A DNA stretch of 64,000 nucleotides, from the NCBI GenBank assembly GCA_038496445.1, contig JALMLS010000056.1, forward strand, positions 62,001 through 126,000. Direction: 5' to 3'. The notes beneath the pieces were generated by a model. It searched no databases, had not been told where the DNA came from, and saw nothing but the letters and a program-made list of their open reading frames with translations. Position numbers and translations under genes: made by a program. The stretch's first letter is position 1. The number at the start of each line of letters is the position of its first letter. This DNA is from Trichosphaerium sp. ATCC 40318 (lineage: Eukaryota; Protista; Tubulinea). Shown here one piece after another: positions 24,501 to 39,310 of this stretch.

Positions 24501-27500
24501 CGGTGAAGTAAAGCAATTAAAAAGTTGAGTACTTTAAGAAGCAATGTCAAAATCTCAACATCTCTCTCTGAGAGATTATCAATCTTAGAAAAAACCCCAA
24601 GTTAGTAAAATTCAAACTGGATAATAAAGTGGTGGTACCTTATTTGCAATGTCAATAGTTAGCATAGAAAACAGTTGTAGACCTTTCTTTGCCAAAAAAT
24701 TTGAAACCCATTTACCACGTGCTTCAACGTCATTTTGGTCATCAACAGGGAATAACTACGGTCGTCAGGAAAAATTGAGAGACATGGGTTTTTGGTATGA
24801 TGAAACAACTGGAGGCGTACCAATTGATCTATTATTTGCATAACATATAATCTACCGAAAACATTTGCCTCAGGGAATATATCATTCAATGATAATCCGT
24901 TATCCTTGTCCCCAAGGTTTGATATATTTTTAATCTGATTATGGATTGCAGTTGATGTTGGTATGTGGCACAGTAAATCCCAAACCTTTGTCTTAATGCG
25001 TTTCTCCTTAACTTGCAAAGCAGTAAAAAGACGATTGAAGAGCAATGGTTGAGATGCAATAATATGACTAGGTCTTTCATTCTTTGGAATAGGATTCTCT
25101 TGCGCTGTGTTGAACCCTTGTTTCCCATTTACGTTTATACCCATTCTCATGGCTTCTGTACGAAGGCTCTGTTGTTGCCGTGGATCAAGCATACGACTAA
25201 TAGCTGCATTGAGATCCCAATGATTTTTACGTAAAGCAAACATTGCAAAATCTAAAACCTGCTTCAGATATCATAACAACTGAATCTAACGTACCTTCGG
25301 TGCCTTTTGGTAGGCATACAATAGACATGAGTTGCTCTACCTTCCCTTCAGCATCAGCTGGTGGTCTTTTTGCCAATTCTTCTTGCTTGTTCGATCTGGG
25401 GCGCAACATAGTGAGAGCATCGCCAAACTGTGGACATCCAGTGGTTAGCAGTGTTGAGTGTTAGGTAAACAAAATTTCACAACTTACGTCTTCTTTGAGG
25501 GTCACCATTATAGTAGAATCACTTGTAATACCTAACGCCTCTACAGCTAAATCATCATCCTTGAGAAGCCTCAGTTGAGGTAACATGTAAAAGTTCATAT
25601 TGCTAGGATCAATTTCATCCTTCACTACAAGCCTAGTGTACACTTCCTTTCGAAGGCTACCAAGAGTGTAGTTTGGATAGCAATAAATAGAAATCTACAC
25701 CATATGAGTTTTAAACTTGATGAAACTAATGTAACATACTGTGTTATCTGCTCCAACATCTGGCTGTGTTTTTAAGCTATCCACTTGAGTAAAAAAATTA
25801 GAGGAGATTTTGCACGGTATTCATATGTACGTATTTCTTGGCCAACCTCAACATTCAAGATAACATCATAAGGTCTTGTACTACGTGTATGACCTTCTAT
25901 ATTATCTCCTTCGCAATGTTGTATAAATCTACTAATTAGAGACAAACAACGATCAACGATAAGTGGGGTACTCTCGGGACCATCCATATGAGCCTGGGAT
26001 ATAAAGTTAATTGTTACTGCGCATAACTAAAGAAATAAATACCAAAATAGACGTGATAAACAGCTGTCGTATTTTCGATAATCCCATTGATTCACTTAGA
26101 CTTGGAGATATAACTGCATGAAGCTTACATAACAGCAACATCGATGCTTCAATCACTTGCTCATTTCTATAAAAAAAGGTAAGATTGGTTAATATCCACT
26201 ATATAAAACGCACGTGCTACATGTAACAAAACGCCACAAAGAACCAATTCCTTCCTAAACAAAAGAGTAAGCATTGAAACATGAATTATGGACATACCAA
26301 CTCAAGGTCTGTCATACTAAATCCAGATATCTTTTCCTAAAATACAAGTATCAGTGATTATACACCAAGCTCTTTACGTACGCTAATCTTTCTACGTTCG
26401 AGATTTCCTAGCCTCAAATTCGCGTGAACAAAGTACGCAGACCACGCTTCAAAACCTTCAATATCCGCATTGGTTGGGGCCATTTCGAGCATTTTCGTGC
26501 GGAATAACTGAGTCATGGCATCACTGAGCTCATATGAGTTCTGTTTAGATAGTTGCAAAAACCAGCGCTGGGCCTTTTTCCGTGTAAGTACTTGGTACTG
26601 ACAAATTAAACCACCACGCACCTCTTGGCTTTCATCGCTTGTAATATGGTCTTGTACGAACAGTTCCCATACTTTGATTAACCATGGTGCAGGATCAATC
26701 GTTTCTTCAATAACTGGCATTCCAAGTGGACTATCAAGACCATAATAATCTACTTTTAAATTAGGGCTACAGTAAATTTATCGTACGCCAGTAGTAGCAC
26801 GCACGTTGAGCCTTTAAGTCGATCTTGGTGATCAACAAGGATAGAAATGATAAACGTTCTTGAATTTCCCAGTAGTATGGGCGGAATCCACCAAGTATAA
26901 GGTCTGTCGCTCTTCTCTAGGAAGAGAGGAATGTTATAAAAAAAATTATCAAATGGCTTCTTACTTTTTGGTCATCTTTGAGTTCTTTATACTTTGCACG
27001 TGACGATTTTTTGAAATCTTGTACTTCTTCAAATACTTTATCTATTAGTTTATGCTTTCTTTGCATATCCAAAATAATATCTCCTAAAACCCGTGTTAAC
27101 ACCGAAAGAAAAAAAAAAAGGCCTCACCTTGACATTTTGTAATATGTGTACGCATCATCATATCAGTTTCGTCCTCTTCAGGATAAGCCTCTAATTAAGT
27201 AAGAAACACCTCTTTGGTGCAATAACGAGACTTCTCACCTATTATTTGCCCCAAGAGTCTGTAGCATGCTGCAACACTCTTACGTTCACTAATTTTTTCA
27301 AGTGCAAAATCAGCCCATTCACGACTAAACCATGATTAACGAAAAGCATTATTATAAGTTGTACCAGTTATTGCGCATGCTTGGTAGCTTGATTACTGTT
27401 GATACTTTTTCAAGTGCTAGAAGCGACATTTCTAACGATTGCAAAGGTGTTTGAACTGCAAGGTCCCACAAGAATTTAAAGATTAAATTCTGATCATTAG

Positions 27501-29434
27501 TACAATTTTTAACGAGTTCTTCAAGGAAGTTCAATACTTCTATGGTTAAGTCCTTCATTTCAATCTTTTGAACTAATGCTAATATCACGCCTATAATTTC
27601 TGAAGAATATTTCTTAGATGCAGCTGCTAATACATTAAGCATTTCCAAGCTCAGAGCTTCGTATGCGGACTTAAATGGATAAGCATTTATAAAAGATATA
27701 ATATACTCACCATAGCACCCTTCCAAATAGAAATAATATGCTCCTTTGTAAGTACTTCGTATTTAGCACAATATTGTAGTATATCCTTGGAGTGCTTTAT
27801 TACTGTCATATTAGCTGAGGGTCCAAAAATGTACTCAATGATTTGAGTTTCAGTGATCCATTCGGCTAATTGGCTGAGAAAAAATTAGAATTGCAGATTA
27901 AGCACTCGTACTGGGCGGATATCCAGGTTGGCATATGCTTGAAATTATTTGTATATGGATGATGATAGCTCATAATTCTTTCACGCATGGAGAGACCCTA
28001 CAAGTGATTTAAAATGTTGACAGAAAAAAATTACGTAAATGGGATTACATCAAACACTTACTTCAATGACACTGGTTATGTATTGTACACCCCACATACG
28101 CAGTTTAAATATATCAGACTTTAGGGTTTTGAGCGCTATATGCAATCCAGCTGGATCCATTATTTTACCAGCTTCTTTTTCAGAAAGCGCCTGAATAAAG
28201 CATAAACATTCCGCTCAATTTTGAAGATATGCCAATAAAATTTTGCATTTGTTTTTTGTCGAATTTCACTCATTAGTTTTAAGTGAAGGGATAAAAAAAA
28301 GCAATCACTTGTCAACACAACGTACACGCTCAATGAAAGTCCTTGTTTTTTCTAATATTGCATCAATGTCTGATGGCTCATTATTCTTCAATTCTTCAAT
28401 TGTAATGTGGAGCAAACGCCCTGGTATTATTTTCATTATCTTTCTTGCGCATTCTTCTTTGTGTTCAGGCAACAAATTGTCACGTAACTACAAAAAGAAA
28501 CTAAGTACTTACCAAACAAGCAATTCAATAATAAACTACTCAATAGATACACGTACATTCTCTAAACCGCCTAGATATTGTACAAGAAGCGGTAAATTGC
28601 AATGTGGATCCTCCATTGCTGCAAATAACTGTTCAAAGCCATTGTATTTACCAAAATAGTTGATAATGCCTCCACAAACTTCATTTCTAGTCTACACAAA
28701 AACAGTGAGCCAAGATACTTTAAATGTTTTTGTTTTTGAATGTACCGCCATGGCGTAGTCTTCACTTGTTTCAGATAAATCATCATCTATTGGACCGCGA
28801 TTGCTGGGCCTATTAACGGTTGAAAGACGTTACACGTAATAAATAACACAAAAAAAAAGAGAAATTCGCTAATGTACCAATAGAATGATTGGCTTGAGTC
28901 AAATAACTCTTTAAACATTTCGGCAACCTCGTGGGATTGGTGCTTGCATAAACTTTGTACAAAATACGCTGCGTGTCGCAAAAGGGTTATGGCGGCAAGT
29001 ACATCAGCCTCATTGCAGTGATAAGTGCTTCTTAGCATTCTGTTAAGAGAAAGTAGTTGTTTGGTTGGTTATTACCTGCAATGTAGTACTCTTTTGACTG
29101 CACACGGTAACGCTGTCTTTACTAGGTAAGTGAAACGGTCGTCTGAATGTGGCCAACTCTGTTCCCTCCAAGCACTACACTCTCGATTAAACTCGTTAAG
29201 AGCGTCCGCGTCGAGCAAAGCTGAAATGGGTAAGCGTCACTTTGTACAGTTATAAACGAAAAACGACAAAACTGTCGTTACAAAGCGTTTTTGTATAACC
29301 AAAGAGTATTTACCATGTAAGCGATCATTCAAATGTTTGTAATGCTGTTTGTAGTCAACGTATTGCGATTGGTGGGTATGCTCATGGTGCGTGTCTGCAT
29401 CATCAACTGCTGTGGTACTGTCCGTGTCACTCAT
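18505..29434 (-). CDS. Large ubiquitin-specific protease (USP9/24/34-like) with internal UBA and C-terminal CUE-like domain
   Basis: Cys box [17 protein letters not shown] (about 23200-23260), QQDVGEFF, His box [30 protein letters not shown]; long helical N-terminus; many introns. 3' end approximate. Confidence 0.9.
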
Positions 29435-29911
29435 GTCTAAGAGGTCTAAACATAACAAATACAAGCAAAAAATAAAAGGTTAAAACGCCCAAGCTCCATA
29501 ATAAACGAAAGGGCATGTATAAGCACGAAAAACGCGATCAGGGCTGATCCAATCAAGATGGCACAATTAAGGCTACAATTCCTACGTACTGAATTATTTT
29601 CGCGTCAGAGTGAGCACATGGACTGACAAAGGTCTCAGCTTTGTTTATTAAAGATTCAACAGTGGTCTATTCACTGATTTTTGCGTAATGGTTAACTTTC
29701 GTTTCAACGGCGCTAACCACCTCAACAACATAAAGTATATGTTGCTACCTCCTCGATGTTCGTATTGGAACAATACGAAGAGTTTGCAACTTGGCACAAA
29801 ACGAATCAAAAGTCACTCATTGTACCCGTCTTGGTATACACGTACGGTGTACTAACAAACGTGAGTTGTTTTTATGGGGCACCTAAAAAAATGAAGAACA
29901 AATATATTGTA

Positions 29912-31525
29912 CTACTTTGCTTTTAGTTTTTTTGTTACATTCTCATCTTTGTTTTCATCGCCGACTTCACGCTTCCTCTTACGAGGAGCGAAAAAATCCT
30001 TTTTCTGTACTACACCTACAACACGCTTCTTTGGTTTCCAAGACACAAGCTTACTTGAGTTTGACTTACTCTTCCCAACTACCTGTTTCTCTTCGTTTCT
30101 GTTTTTTTTGGGCTTGCTGGTTCCAAAGTAATCATTTAAATCTCCTGATCCTGACTTTGTCAGAGTCCTTTTACTTTTCTTTCCACTAGGTGGTGTATCA
30201 CCGCTTTTCGGGCTAGGAGTATGTGCCTTTGGTGTAACTCTCTTTTTTGTTTTTGGTTGTGATGGTTTTTGTGAACTTTGACTTGCAAACATTGTAGCAA
30301 GGGTCGGTTGACATTGTGTTAAATAACGAGATGAAACCTTTGATACTTTAGGTTGACTATTAGGTTTTGGTTGCTCCTTCATTGTCAAGAATATAGGGAC
30401 ATGATCTGATCCAAAGATAGTTTTATCAATAGAAGCACCAAGGACTTGTGGCATTAGACTTTTGTAAATCAAAGTATAATCTATTCTGTAGCCTATAACA
30501 GTTATAGTGAGCGACAAAGTAATCTGGTAATGATAGATAACAATACCTTCATGTTTTGTTCTATCATTATTTGTCCTTGGATCAAACCAGCTATAAACAA
30601 CATCGTCAGGATAAAAGGAGCGAAATGCATCAACAAATCCACAATCAAAAAACTCTTGAAACTTTTTACGCTCTTCTGGTCTGAACCCATTTTTTGAATC
30701 CTAGCCACACATGCCATTAACAAAGTTGTACAAAACATGACTAAGCGCATTCAATTTACTGGTAAACGTACAACAGCCCTTGTAATATCTTTAGCTGTGT
30801 GTGCAGTGTTAAAGTCGCCCACAATGATGACAGGCTTTTTAGCTTCTAAAAACTTATCCACATGCGTTTGTAACCATGTATGAAAATCTGTTTTATAATC
30901 CAACCGACCAGGTCTTGCGGCATTCGGAAAATAACAATTAAACAATGCAAACGAAGTATGCTCTAAATAAGGAAATAAATTATTATTTTTCAAATTATCA
31001 AAAAGCAACACGTGCTGGGTGTAGTGGTGTCAAAATTATAGTTGTTTTGTATATTCTCATTACCTGTCATAATTACTCTGCCCTCATTATCAAATTTATC
31101 TTCTCCAAAAGTGTCTTTTGCTTCTAACGTTAAGCCTTTGAAAAGTTTATAAGTTTTCGCGCCAAAAATTCTTGTAACATACCTGTTCGTACGTACGTTA
31201 CTACGCCTGAGTAACCCTATAGTAGTGTTGTCAGTCTAATGGCGTTTTGCTAACGCTAGGTTTTGTAAATTGCCTTTCGTAACGTGCTAAAGCTCCAGAA
31301 TGATTCATATCCTTCAACGTGAAGCACGTCAGTTGGTATTTCTTTGTGAGTAGATACTTTGGTTTCCTTTGATAAATAAGCACGCCATACGCGTATTTAC
31401 CGTTGTCGTACTTGAAAACAGGCAATATCAACACCATACGTCTTAAAAAAAAGAGCTAATGAGCGCTCTGGTAATTTAGCTACAAGAGCACGAATACCAT
31501 TAACGTTCCAACATACAAGCTTCAT
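29912..31525 (-). CDS. ExoIII-family AP endonuclease (APE2-like) with basic C-terminal tail
   Basis: MKLVCWNVNGIR, FQETK, GYSGVVTY, EGRVI, NCYFPN, IVGDFNTAH, RIDY, GSDHVP. Confidence 0.9.
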
Positions 31526-31750
31526 TATTGGTTGTAGTTTTAAGAGTTAAGTCTTGTGCACCTACAAATCGCAAGGAACTCGAAGTTGTAAAAGCGTATG
31601 TAGTCCCAAAGAAGTAACTGTGGCAAGGCACGTGCTTAAAACAAAACTCAAAAAACCCAAATGTACACTCAGGAACTTCATTTGGCCATGGGTTTTATCA
31701 CGTGCAATGTACTTAGTATTTTATTTTGTTAGGTCTTGAATGATATCCAT

Positions 31751-33707
31751 TCAGTCAGCATGCTCCCGCAATCTACCCCGCCGCATAGCTATTACATTTT
31801 TTATCAAATCTTTCTCGTACAAGTACCTTTTGAAAGTCAAGGAAAAATGAAAAAGAAGTATAAAACCAAAAATGAGTGGATACAAAGCGAGTGTCTGTGC
31901 AATAAAGAGAACTCCGCCTATGCCCACGTGTGCGGCACATCCTCTGAAAATATCTTGGGTGCCTTTAGGACAAAACTGTTCTTCAGACAACCTGGTTAAA
32001 AAGAAGATAGCGATAAATCCTAGCACAGGAAATAGTTTTGGTACAATATTTTTAAGACCCATCTAAACAAAAGTCAAAAATAAACAGACAAAGCCGAGAT
32101 AAAGAATATTTGTTCTAACCTTGAAATGAAGCCGAAGATAATATAACCCTAAAACAATACGAAGCGCCATATTGACAATATTAGCAAGCACCAACCCTAT
32201 TGTTCCATATTGTGCTAGGAATGCACGTCCAATGGCAATGTAAACACCGGCTATTACGACTGTAAAACCATTTAATATATTGAGCGTAGAAGGAGGTGCT
32301 ATGCCGTGGAGTGTAGCTTCAGTGATACCTATAAGACTTGTCAGAAGAAGGAAAATTAACGATATTACCGTTGATGGCCATAAGAAGTACATAAAACGTA
32401 TACAGGCCAAGTACATCAGGAGCATCAGTATCAGCATATTTACCCGTATAAAGAATATATAACAGTAGGTATGCATAAGCAGGTCCAAAAGAAGCAAAGT
32501 AGCACCCTGCATGAATACGGTAAATGGAGTAATTTGCTTGTAAAGGTGTACCAAGATAAAACAAAAATCTAAATGTCATTCCAAAAAAATCAGTATATTG
32601 CTGTGTCTCTTCTTCTCTACGCGTTGAAAACTTTGAGAAAACATTGTTCGTTGCCTCTTCGATTGGTTTAAATATAAGCCGAGCTGCAAGCGATCCTAGA
32701 TTATCAACTACACTATAGCTACCCATACTACTTAGAGATCCGTCTATTTTTAATAAGACATTCGTTCCTTCTTGTAAAACTACTTTTTGTATCGCCTGCC
32801 ACTGAAAAGACAGAAATACAATGAAATCAGCTCCCCTAGAATTGCCTTAGGTTAAAAATTTTCCAGTAAAGAAGCATAAAAAAATTGAGTGGTTTTTTGA
32901 GCAACGTACGTTGGTAGTGAAGGTACTATAGGTTCAGTAACTTTAGTAACCACGTAGCTATAATATCCAATATTTATGACTACAGCGTATATCAGCTGAG
33001 CGTAAGCCCATGACATTAAACCGCACTTTTTTAAAGTTAGTTAGGTTGACAGGTTTTTTTGGACATTTTGAAATGTCACAATGTGTCAAAGTTATTGTAC
33101 CGAAAAAAACATCAATAAGATGTAAGTAGTGACACATTTTACAAATACAGCTACACCCTCTGTTTGCATTCTCACACGATAATCCATGCGTTTATGTACT
33201 AGAACGTATCCAGGTTCAGAAAGAATCTCTATGAATGATGCTAGACCCACAATCTGAATGGACAACGCGTAGTATTGTATCCCAAGCTCACTTTCAGATG
33301 CTGTCGACAAGAATAGGTATGTTACGATCAGAGAAGCTACAGCGCCCTGAATTATCGATAAAATTGCAATACCGAGCGATGTAGATACTGATTTGGCTGG
33401 TTGACCAGCTGTAGAATCACGTAGAGCTGTACGCCTTGTAGCTTCTCTAGAAAAGAAGGAAATAGCGTTGAGGAGCAATTGTAACTGTATATTGGCGACC
33501 TGAGGCCTTTAGAGAGAGTTCATTTTCTAACACGTACCCCAACGGTTTTGGTGTCTGTATTTCGCGTAACCAGTACATTCAGAACGAATGTGAGTATGCG
33601 AGATGAGAATTGCAGTGCTGTAGAATGTTTAGAGTTTGTAGGCTACAACAGCAAATACCAATTAAGTACCCAATGCCTGTTACCCCTTTCAAGACGGAGC
33701 TCGGCAT
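31751..33707 (-). CDS. RFT1: RFT1 lipid-linked oligosaccharide translocation protein
   Basis: FFSREATRR, EILSEP, FQWQAIQKVVLQEG, YSVVDNLGSLAARLIFKPIEE, MAINGITEA, GLVLANIVNMALRI. Confidence 0.92.
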
Positions 33708-33797
33708 AAGGGTTGTGTGTTACAAGTGACTCAGCAGTACAATTGTAAAAGCGCAATTCGAAAGTCAAAACCGTTTCAAACGTCAAAAGTAAAAAAA

Positions 33798-35782
33798 ATG
33801 TTCCTAGCTAAGCACGTGTCGCGTGCTACAGCAGTACGTCAACGCGCAAGCACCACAAAGCATACAACACATGTTCGCGCAGCAAGCACTAAGCGTACGT
33901 TAAAAATACCGTACTATTCACCAATGAGACCTACTCTGAGAACATAGCGTTTGTTGTGTTCACGTTGCAACATTCAGCTCACCCAACAATTTGTTTTGTT
34001 TGTACACGTTATAAACGCTATTCTCACGCCATTATTAGAGAGGTACAACTGGGAAGACCCGTTAAACCTCGAAAGTCTCCTGACCGAGGAAGAGATCATG
34101 ATACGAGATCAAGCGCATCAATACTGTCAAGAAAAGCTGATGCCACGCGTATTGGAAGGAAACAGACACGAGAAATTCCACCGTGATATTTTAAGCGAAA
34201 TGGGCGAATTGAACTTGCTTGGACCTACCATAGAGGTACGTAACGCCGATTTTACAAATTTGCCGTAACGTTCGGAAGTAAATTGTCGTAACTCCACACT
34301 ATAACTGCGTGATGCAATTCCCTTTGCTCAACATCCACAAAATCGCTAACCAATTGTTTTGTTTATTTGAATGACGCGTCATTTATCGAGTTTAGGGCTA
34401 TGGATGTGCTGGTGTTAATTACGTGTCCTATGGCCTAATTGCAAGAGAAGTGGAGCGTGTAGACAGCGGCTACAGGTACTACAACTTATTAGTTATTGTT
34501 TTAAAGATTGTTGTAAAGGTCTGCAATGAGCGTACAGTCCTCTCTGGTAATGTACCCAATATCTATCTACGGAACTGAAGAGCAAAAACAGAAGTATATA
34601 CCTCGCCTTGGTAAGTTTACATAATTTATGGTTTCTTCTCTAAATTACAAAAAGCTACTGGAGAGATTGTTGGATGTTTCGGTCTTACAGAACCTAACCA
34701 TGGTTCTGATCCTGGTTCAATGGCAACGCGCGCTAAGGATATGGGTGATCACTATTCTTTGAGTGGTGCGTTCAACAGCAAAAATAAAATATGCGAAATT
34801 GAATTAAGCTAAATTTTTTTGCAGGGTCGAAAACATGGATTACAAATTCTCCAATCGCAGATGTTTTTGTTGTTTGGGCTAAAGACGATGCAGGTGATAT
34901 TAGAGGCTTTATTTTAGAGGTAATTACAAGGCGTTCCATACCCCATGGTACAACTAACAACCTTTTTTTTTCAGAAAGGTATGAAGGGTTTAACAGCTCC
35001 TAAAATCGAGGGTAAATTCTCGTTACGTGCTTCTGATACTGGTATGATTATGATGGATGAAGTAAAAGTACCAAAAGAAAACATGATGCCTGGCGCAAAG
35101 GGGTTGTCGGTAAGCCCTTGGTTTTTTTTGCTAAGTGAATACTGTTAACACTTGATTTAGGGACCTTTTAATTGCTTGAACTCTGCTCGATTTGGTATAG
35201 CATGGGGCACTCTTGGCGCCGCAGAGTTTTGCCTCGCAGCAGCTAGACAGTACACTCTAGAGCGTCAGCAATTTAATAACCCTCTTGCTGCCAACCAGCT
35301 AATACAGTACAACTTGGCAGACATGTCAACTGAAATTACACTTGGTTTACACTCAGCATTACAAGTACGATATTCTTCATACCTCAAACGCGATTCTCAC
35401 AAGCAATAAGGTTGGTAGACTCAAGGATCAAGGCAAACATGTGCCTGAAATGACATCAATGATAAAACGAAACTCGTGTCAGAAGTCGCTAGATATTGCA
35501 CGAAAGGCTAGAGATATGCTTGGTGGTAATGGCATCAGGTATGTTGAACTAACTTATCCCGCTATTAGAGCTGTGAGCTAACGCCTGGTTGTAGTGATGA
35601 GTATCATATTATTAGGCATGTAATGAATCTAGAGTCAGTGAATACATACGAAGGAACGCACAACAGTACGTGAAAATGCTATTGTAAGATGAGGTTTTTG
35701 TTTACCCTTCTTGCTAGTTCATTCTCTCATTCTTGGCCGTGCTATCACTGGTATACAAGCGTTCACTAGAGATTTAAAATAG
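33798..35782 (+). CDS. GCDH: Glutaryl-CoA dehydrogenase, mitochondrial
   Basis: [75 protein letters not shown]; presequence-like N-terminus. Confidence 0.95.
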
Positions 35783-36102
35783 ATCACCAGTCTGTTGTAT
35801 TTAGTGAAAACGCTTATTGTAAAAAATGTTAAGTATAAATTTTGAGTATTCACCTCTACTGTTATTTCTTAGTGTCACGTCTCAGAACTGCTATTGGTGT
35901 TGTACAATTATCGTGGTGTTAGATTTATATTCTATTAGTTTTCTTTATTCATGTGAAATACTGTAAACGGGTTTGTTATTTCAGGGTTTTTTCTCTTTTG
36001 TTGAATTGATACTTAACTCATTTTTTATTAAAATACCACCAATGAACGCCTAAAGATAACCGGCGACAATGACTTCCTTCCATAGCAATAATAATAACCA
36101 AA

Positions 36103-37834
36103 ATGGACTTAGAAAACAAACAAATAATCGACAAAGGCTTGAACAGCCCAAAACCCAGCGAAATAGAAATGTCTTTAGATGAGGCGTTTCTGAACCAGCC
36201 TACTCTAAATATTGGCACTATTGGTACGAAATAAGCCTGGTTTACGGGCAAATAACTTATAACGTAGGTCATGTGGCTCATGGTAAATCTACGCTCGTGA
36301 AGCGCCTTTCTGGAGTAGCTACCCAAAAACATGGTCGTGAAAAGCGAAATAATGGCATGACCATTAAATTAGGCTACGCTAACTGCAAGATTTGGCAGTG
36401 TAGCAAATGCCCCAAACCAGAGTGTTTTGCTACCACTGGCTCCAAAGTAACTAAACTTAAGTGTAAAGTACCTGGATGCAAGACTTTAATGACGTACGGT
36501 CAACCTAGAGGCAATCAAACGCTAATCTTTTTGTTAACCAGGCTTGCGCGTCATGTCTCTTTTGTTGACTGCCCTGGGCATGAGTATTTGATGACCACCA
36601 TGTTAAATGGCGCTGCTGTAATGGACGCTGCGTTATTGATAATCTCGGCTAGAGATGGCCCACGACCACAAGTACGATAGCGCTGCCTTGGTCCATTACT
36701 TATTCTTGATAGACAAAAGAGCATTTGTCTGCTGTAGACTTGATGGGGTTGAAAAATGTAGTAGTATGTCAGAACAAAATAGATCTACTAGACAGTGAAG
36801 CAGATGCTAGACGCTCTTATCAAGACATCAAAAAATTTGTAGAGGTACATTGACATTGACATTTTGAATTTGAAGTAGGCGTTTATGTTTACCTCCCGTG
36901 CCCAAATTAATCCTCGTACCCTAGGGCTCTACTGCAAGTCAATCGCCTATATTACCTATATCCGCTCACTGGGGCTATAATACCGACGCTTTGGCTGCCT
37001 ACATTGTAGACAAGATCCCGAAACCAAACAGAGATACAAGCGCACCGCCACTAATGACTGTTGTCAGGTATAGCCTTACTCAACTTTTCCCAGGTTCCCT
37101 AACTTTCTTTGTTAAAGATCTTTTGACATAAATCGTCCAGGAACACCTATTTCTAAGATTAGAGGTGGTGTCGCCGGTGGATCTCTACAACAAGGAACAC
37201 TACAAGTTGGCCAAATCATAGAAATCCGACCTGGTCTTATATTTGGTAAGAAATGAACAATGACTCTGCCTTGCTTATAAATAAACGTAGGTAGTAGTGA
37301 TGGTAAAGGCGCTACTTATAGACCTTTACAAGCAGAAATAACATCTCTACTGTCTGAGACAACAAAACTGAAGTTCGCCGTTCCTGGTGGGCTTATCGGT
37401 GTTGGCCTTACCCTGGACCCTTCCCTAACTCGAGAGGATCGCTTACTTGGCCATAGTATTGGATTACCTGGTAAACTACCGCCAGTGTTTATAGAACTTG
37501 AAGTTTCATATTGCTTGCTACGGTACGCCTTAGTACTCACTTTACTATCGCTCACTTTGTTAGCCGTGTTGTTGGTGCTGATGATCCAACGAAACGAGTG
37601 GCAAAACTTCGCAAAGGTGAAGTAGTTACCTTAAACATAGGCAGCATGAGCACTCAGGCTACAATTGTTGCCCTTGAATTTGATCTGGCAAGAATAAAGC
37701 TTATGATGCCTTGCTGTTGTAATGTAGGCGATAGAATCTCCATATCTAGGAAGATTGAAGGCCGTGTAGCACGGTTGATTGGCTTTGCTATTGTATTGAA
37801 AGGCTCTAAGCACGCATCACTATACACCGAATAA
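36103..37834 (+). CDS. Translation initiation factor eIF2 gamma-like GTPase (divergent)
   Basis: [60 protein letters not shown]. Confidence 0.9.
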
Positions 37835-37916
37835 AACTACCTTTAGCTTTTTTAATGCGTTTAAGTTATCTTTTTCTGCTCGTCCTTAGTTGCGAGCATT
37901 CGTTCATTCTACAAAA

Positions 37917-39005
37917 ATGACTTCTAAGCATAACATCGTACCGACGGTAACTCTGTCACGAAGCAAAAAGCCCAGAAGTAACAAGAATGGTGAGGCAACT
38001 GCAGAACCGCTACAATTGAAGCGATTTGCGTCTGAACTGCTGGTACCAGCATTCCCAGTTGATCATTGCTACCCAACATTGTGCCATTCTACAAGTTTCT
38101 CTTCAGCCACTCCCGATCCTTCAGTTTCTGATACTGGAACAACAATAGCTCCACCATACGCACCTGCATTTTTTCCATCACACGAAACGTCAAGCCACTA
38201 CCAAAAAAGAAAACGCATGCAATCAAAGGGTAAGCGGAAGATAAACATCGAGTACGCCGTGAGCACGTAGTAAAGCCTCGTAACAATTTGCTGGAAGGTA
38301 CATTCGAGACAAACATAGAAGAGCTATATGCTTCAGTAAACGGAAAGCAGGTCTGTTAAAAAAGGTTAGACCTATGACGTTGTCATATCAACTAACTATA
38401 GATATTACAGGTGCATGATATTTCAGCGCTGACAGGTGGTGAAGCTATGATTGTTCTTGCCTCTCCTACTGGTTTCGTGTACACTTTCGCCACACAACAA
38501 CTACAAAGTTTGCTAGACAAAGAGGTACCAACTGGTTTGCTTCCAACACTCACACCTACATTAAGATGGCTGCTTCAATTACAAAAAGTCTAGAAGGATG
38601 CCCGTCACAGACAGGGTCTACAGTGAAACTTAACGACAAGGGTGTACCTGTACGAGAATGCTTCAAAACAAACATATATGAACACTTTATTAGATGGAAA
38701 GTTTGACTCCTGCATTTACTTACACGCGTACGGATAACCATGTAATTATACCTAATTCCTAGACTAGCCTTCAGCAATCCAGTACGCAAACATAAACGAA
38801 TACCTACAATCCAGATAGCGACTGTAGTAGACACTTTCTCTGAACACACTACAGATAATAGTTGTGGCAATTGTGATGAAGCACTAACTGCTCCAATGGT
38901 ATGCCGGACTACAACTGCTTTCGATAATTGTTGTAGGTTCCTGATATGTATGAGTCCAAAGTTCCTTTGTTGGGTTCTCTATTTCCACAATTGGATTCCA
39001 AATAG
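37917..39005 (+). CDS. SRF-type MADS-box transcription factor
   Basis: Spliced GKRKINIE/YIRDKHRRAICFSKRKAGLLKK/VHDISALTGGEAMIVLASPTGFVYTFAT. The 3' exons are uncertain (stop at 38593 or about 39005). Confidence 0.85.
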
Positions 39006-39310
39006 GATGGACTACTGATAAGTAATTCTGTTTTAACAATAACAATAAACTGTGACGTTGTAAGCAGGCTGCAAGTTACAAGACGAGCAAGCTCAGGATC
39101 GTAAGCTTTGGCTGTCCAGCTATCTTGCACGTGCATTACAGCTCTAGGTTCTACGGCGTAGTGGCATACATGAAATGCTTTAGCAGTATTTCCTGAGCGT
39201 GTATTGAAAATAGCAAAGGTCTTTTTTTTGATGTAGCAAGATTTTTTTACCGACAAAGTCAACCTGTATTCGTATTTTTCCTTTGTTCTTATTGTAAAAT
39301 ACTTACGACA

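Noticed and set aside
34235-34396. Longer GCDH intron as snoRNA host (also the long PITH and PARP introns)
   Set aside because: No paired C and D boxes with terminal stem and no clear H/ACA layout.
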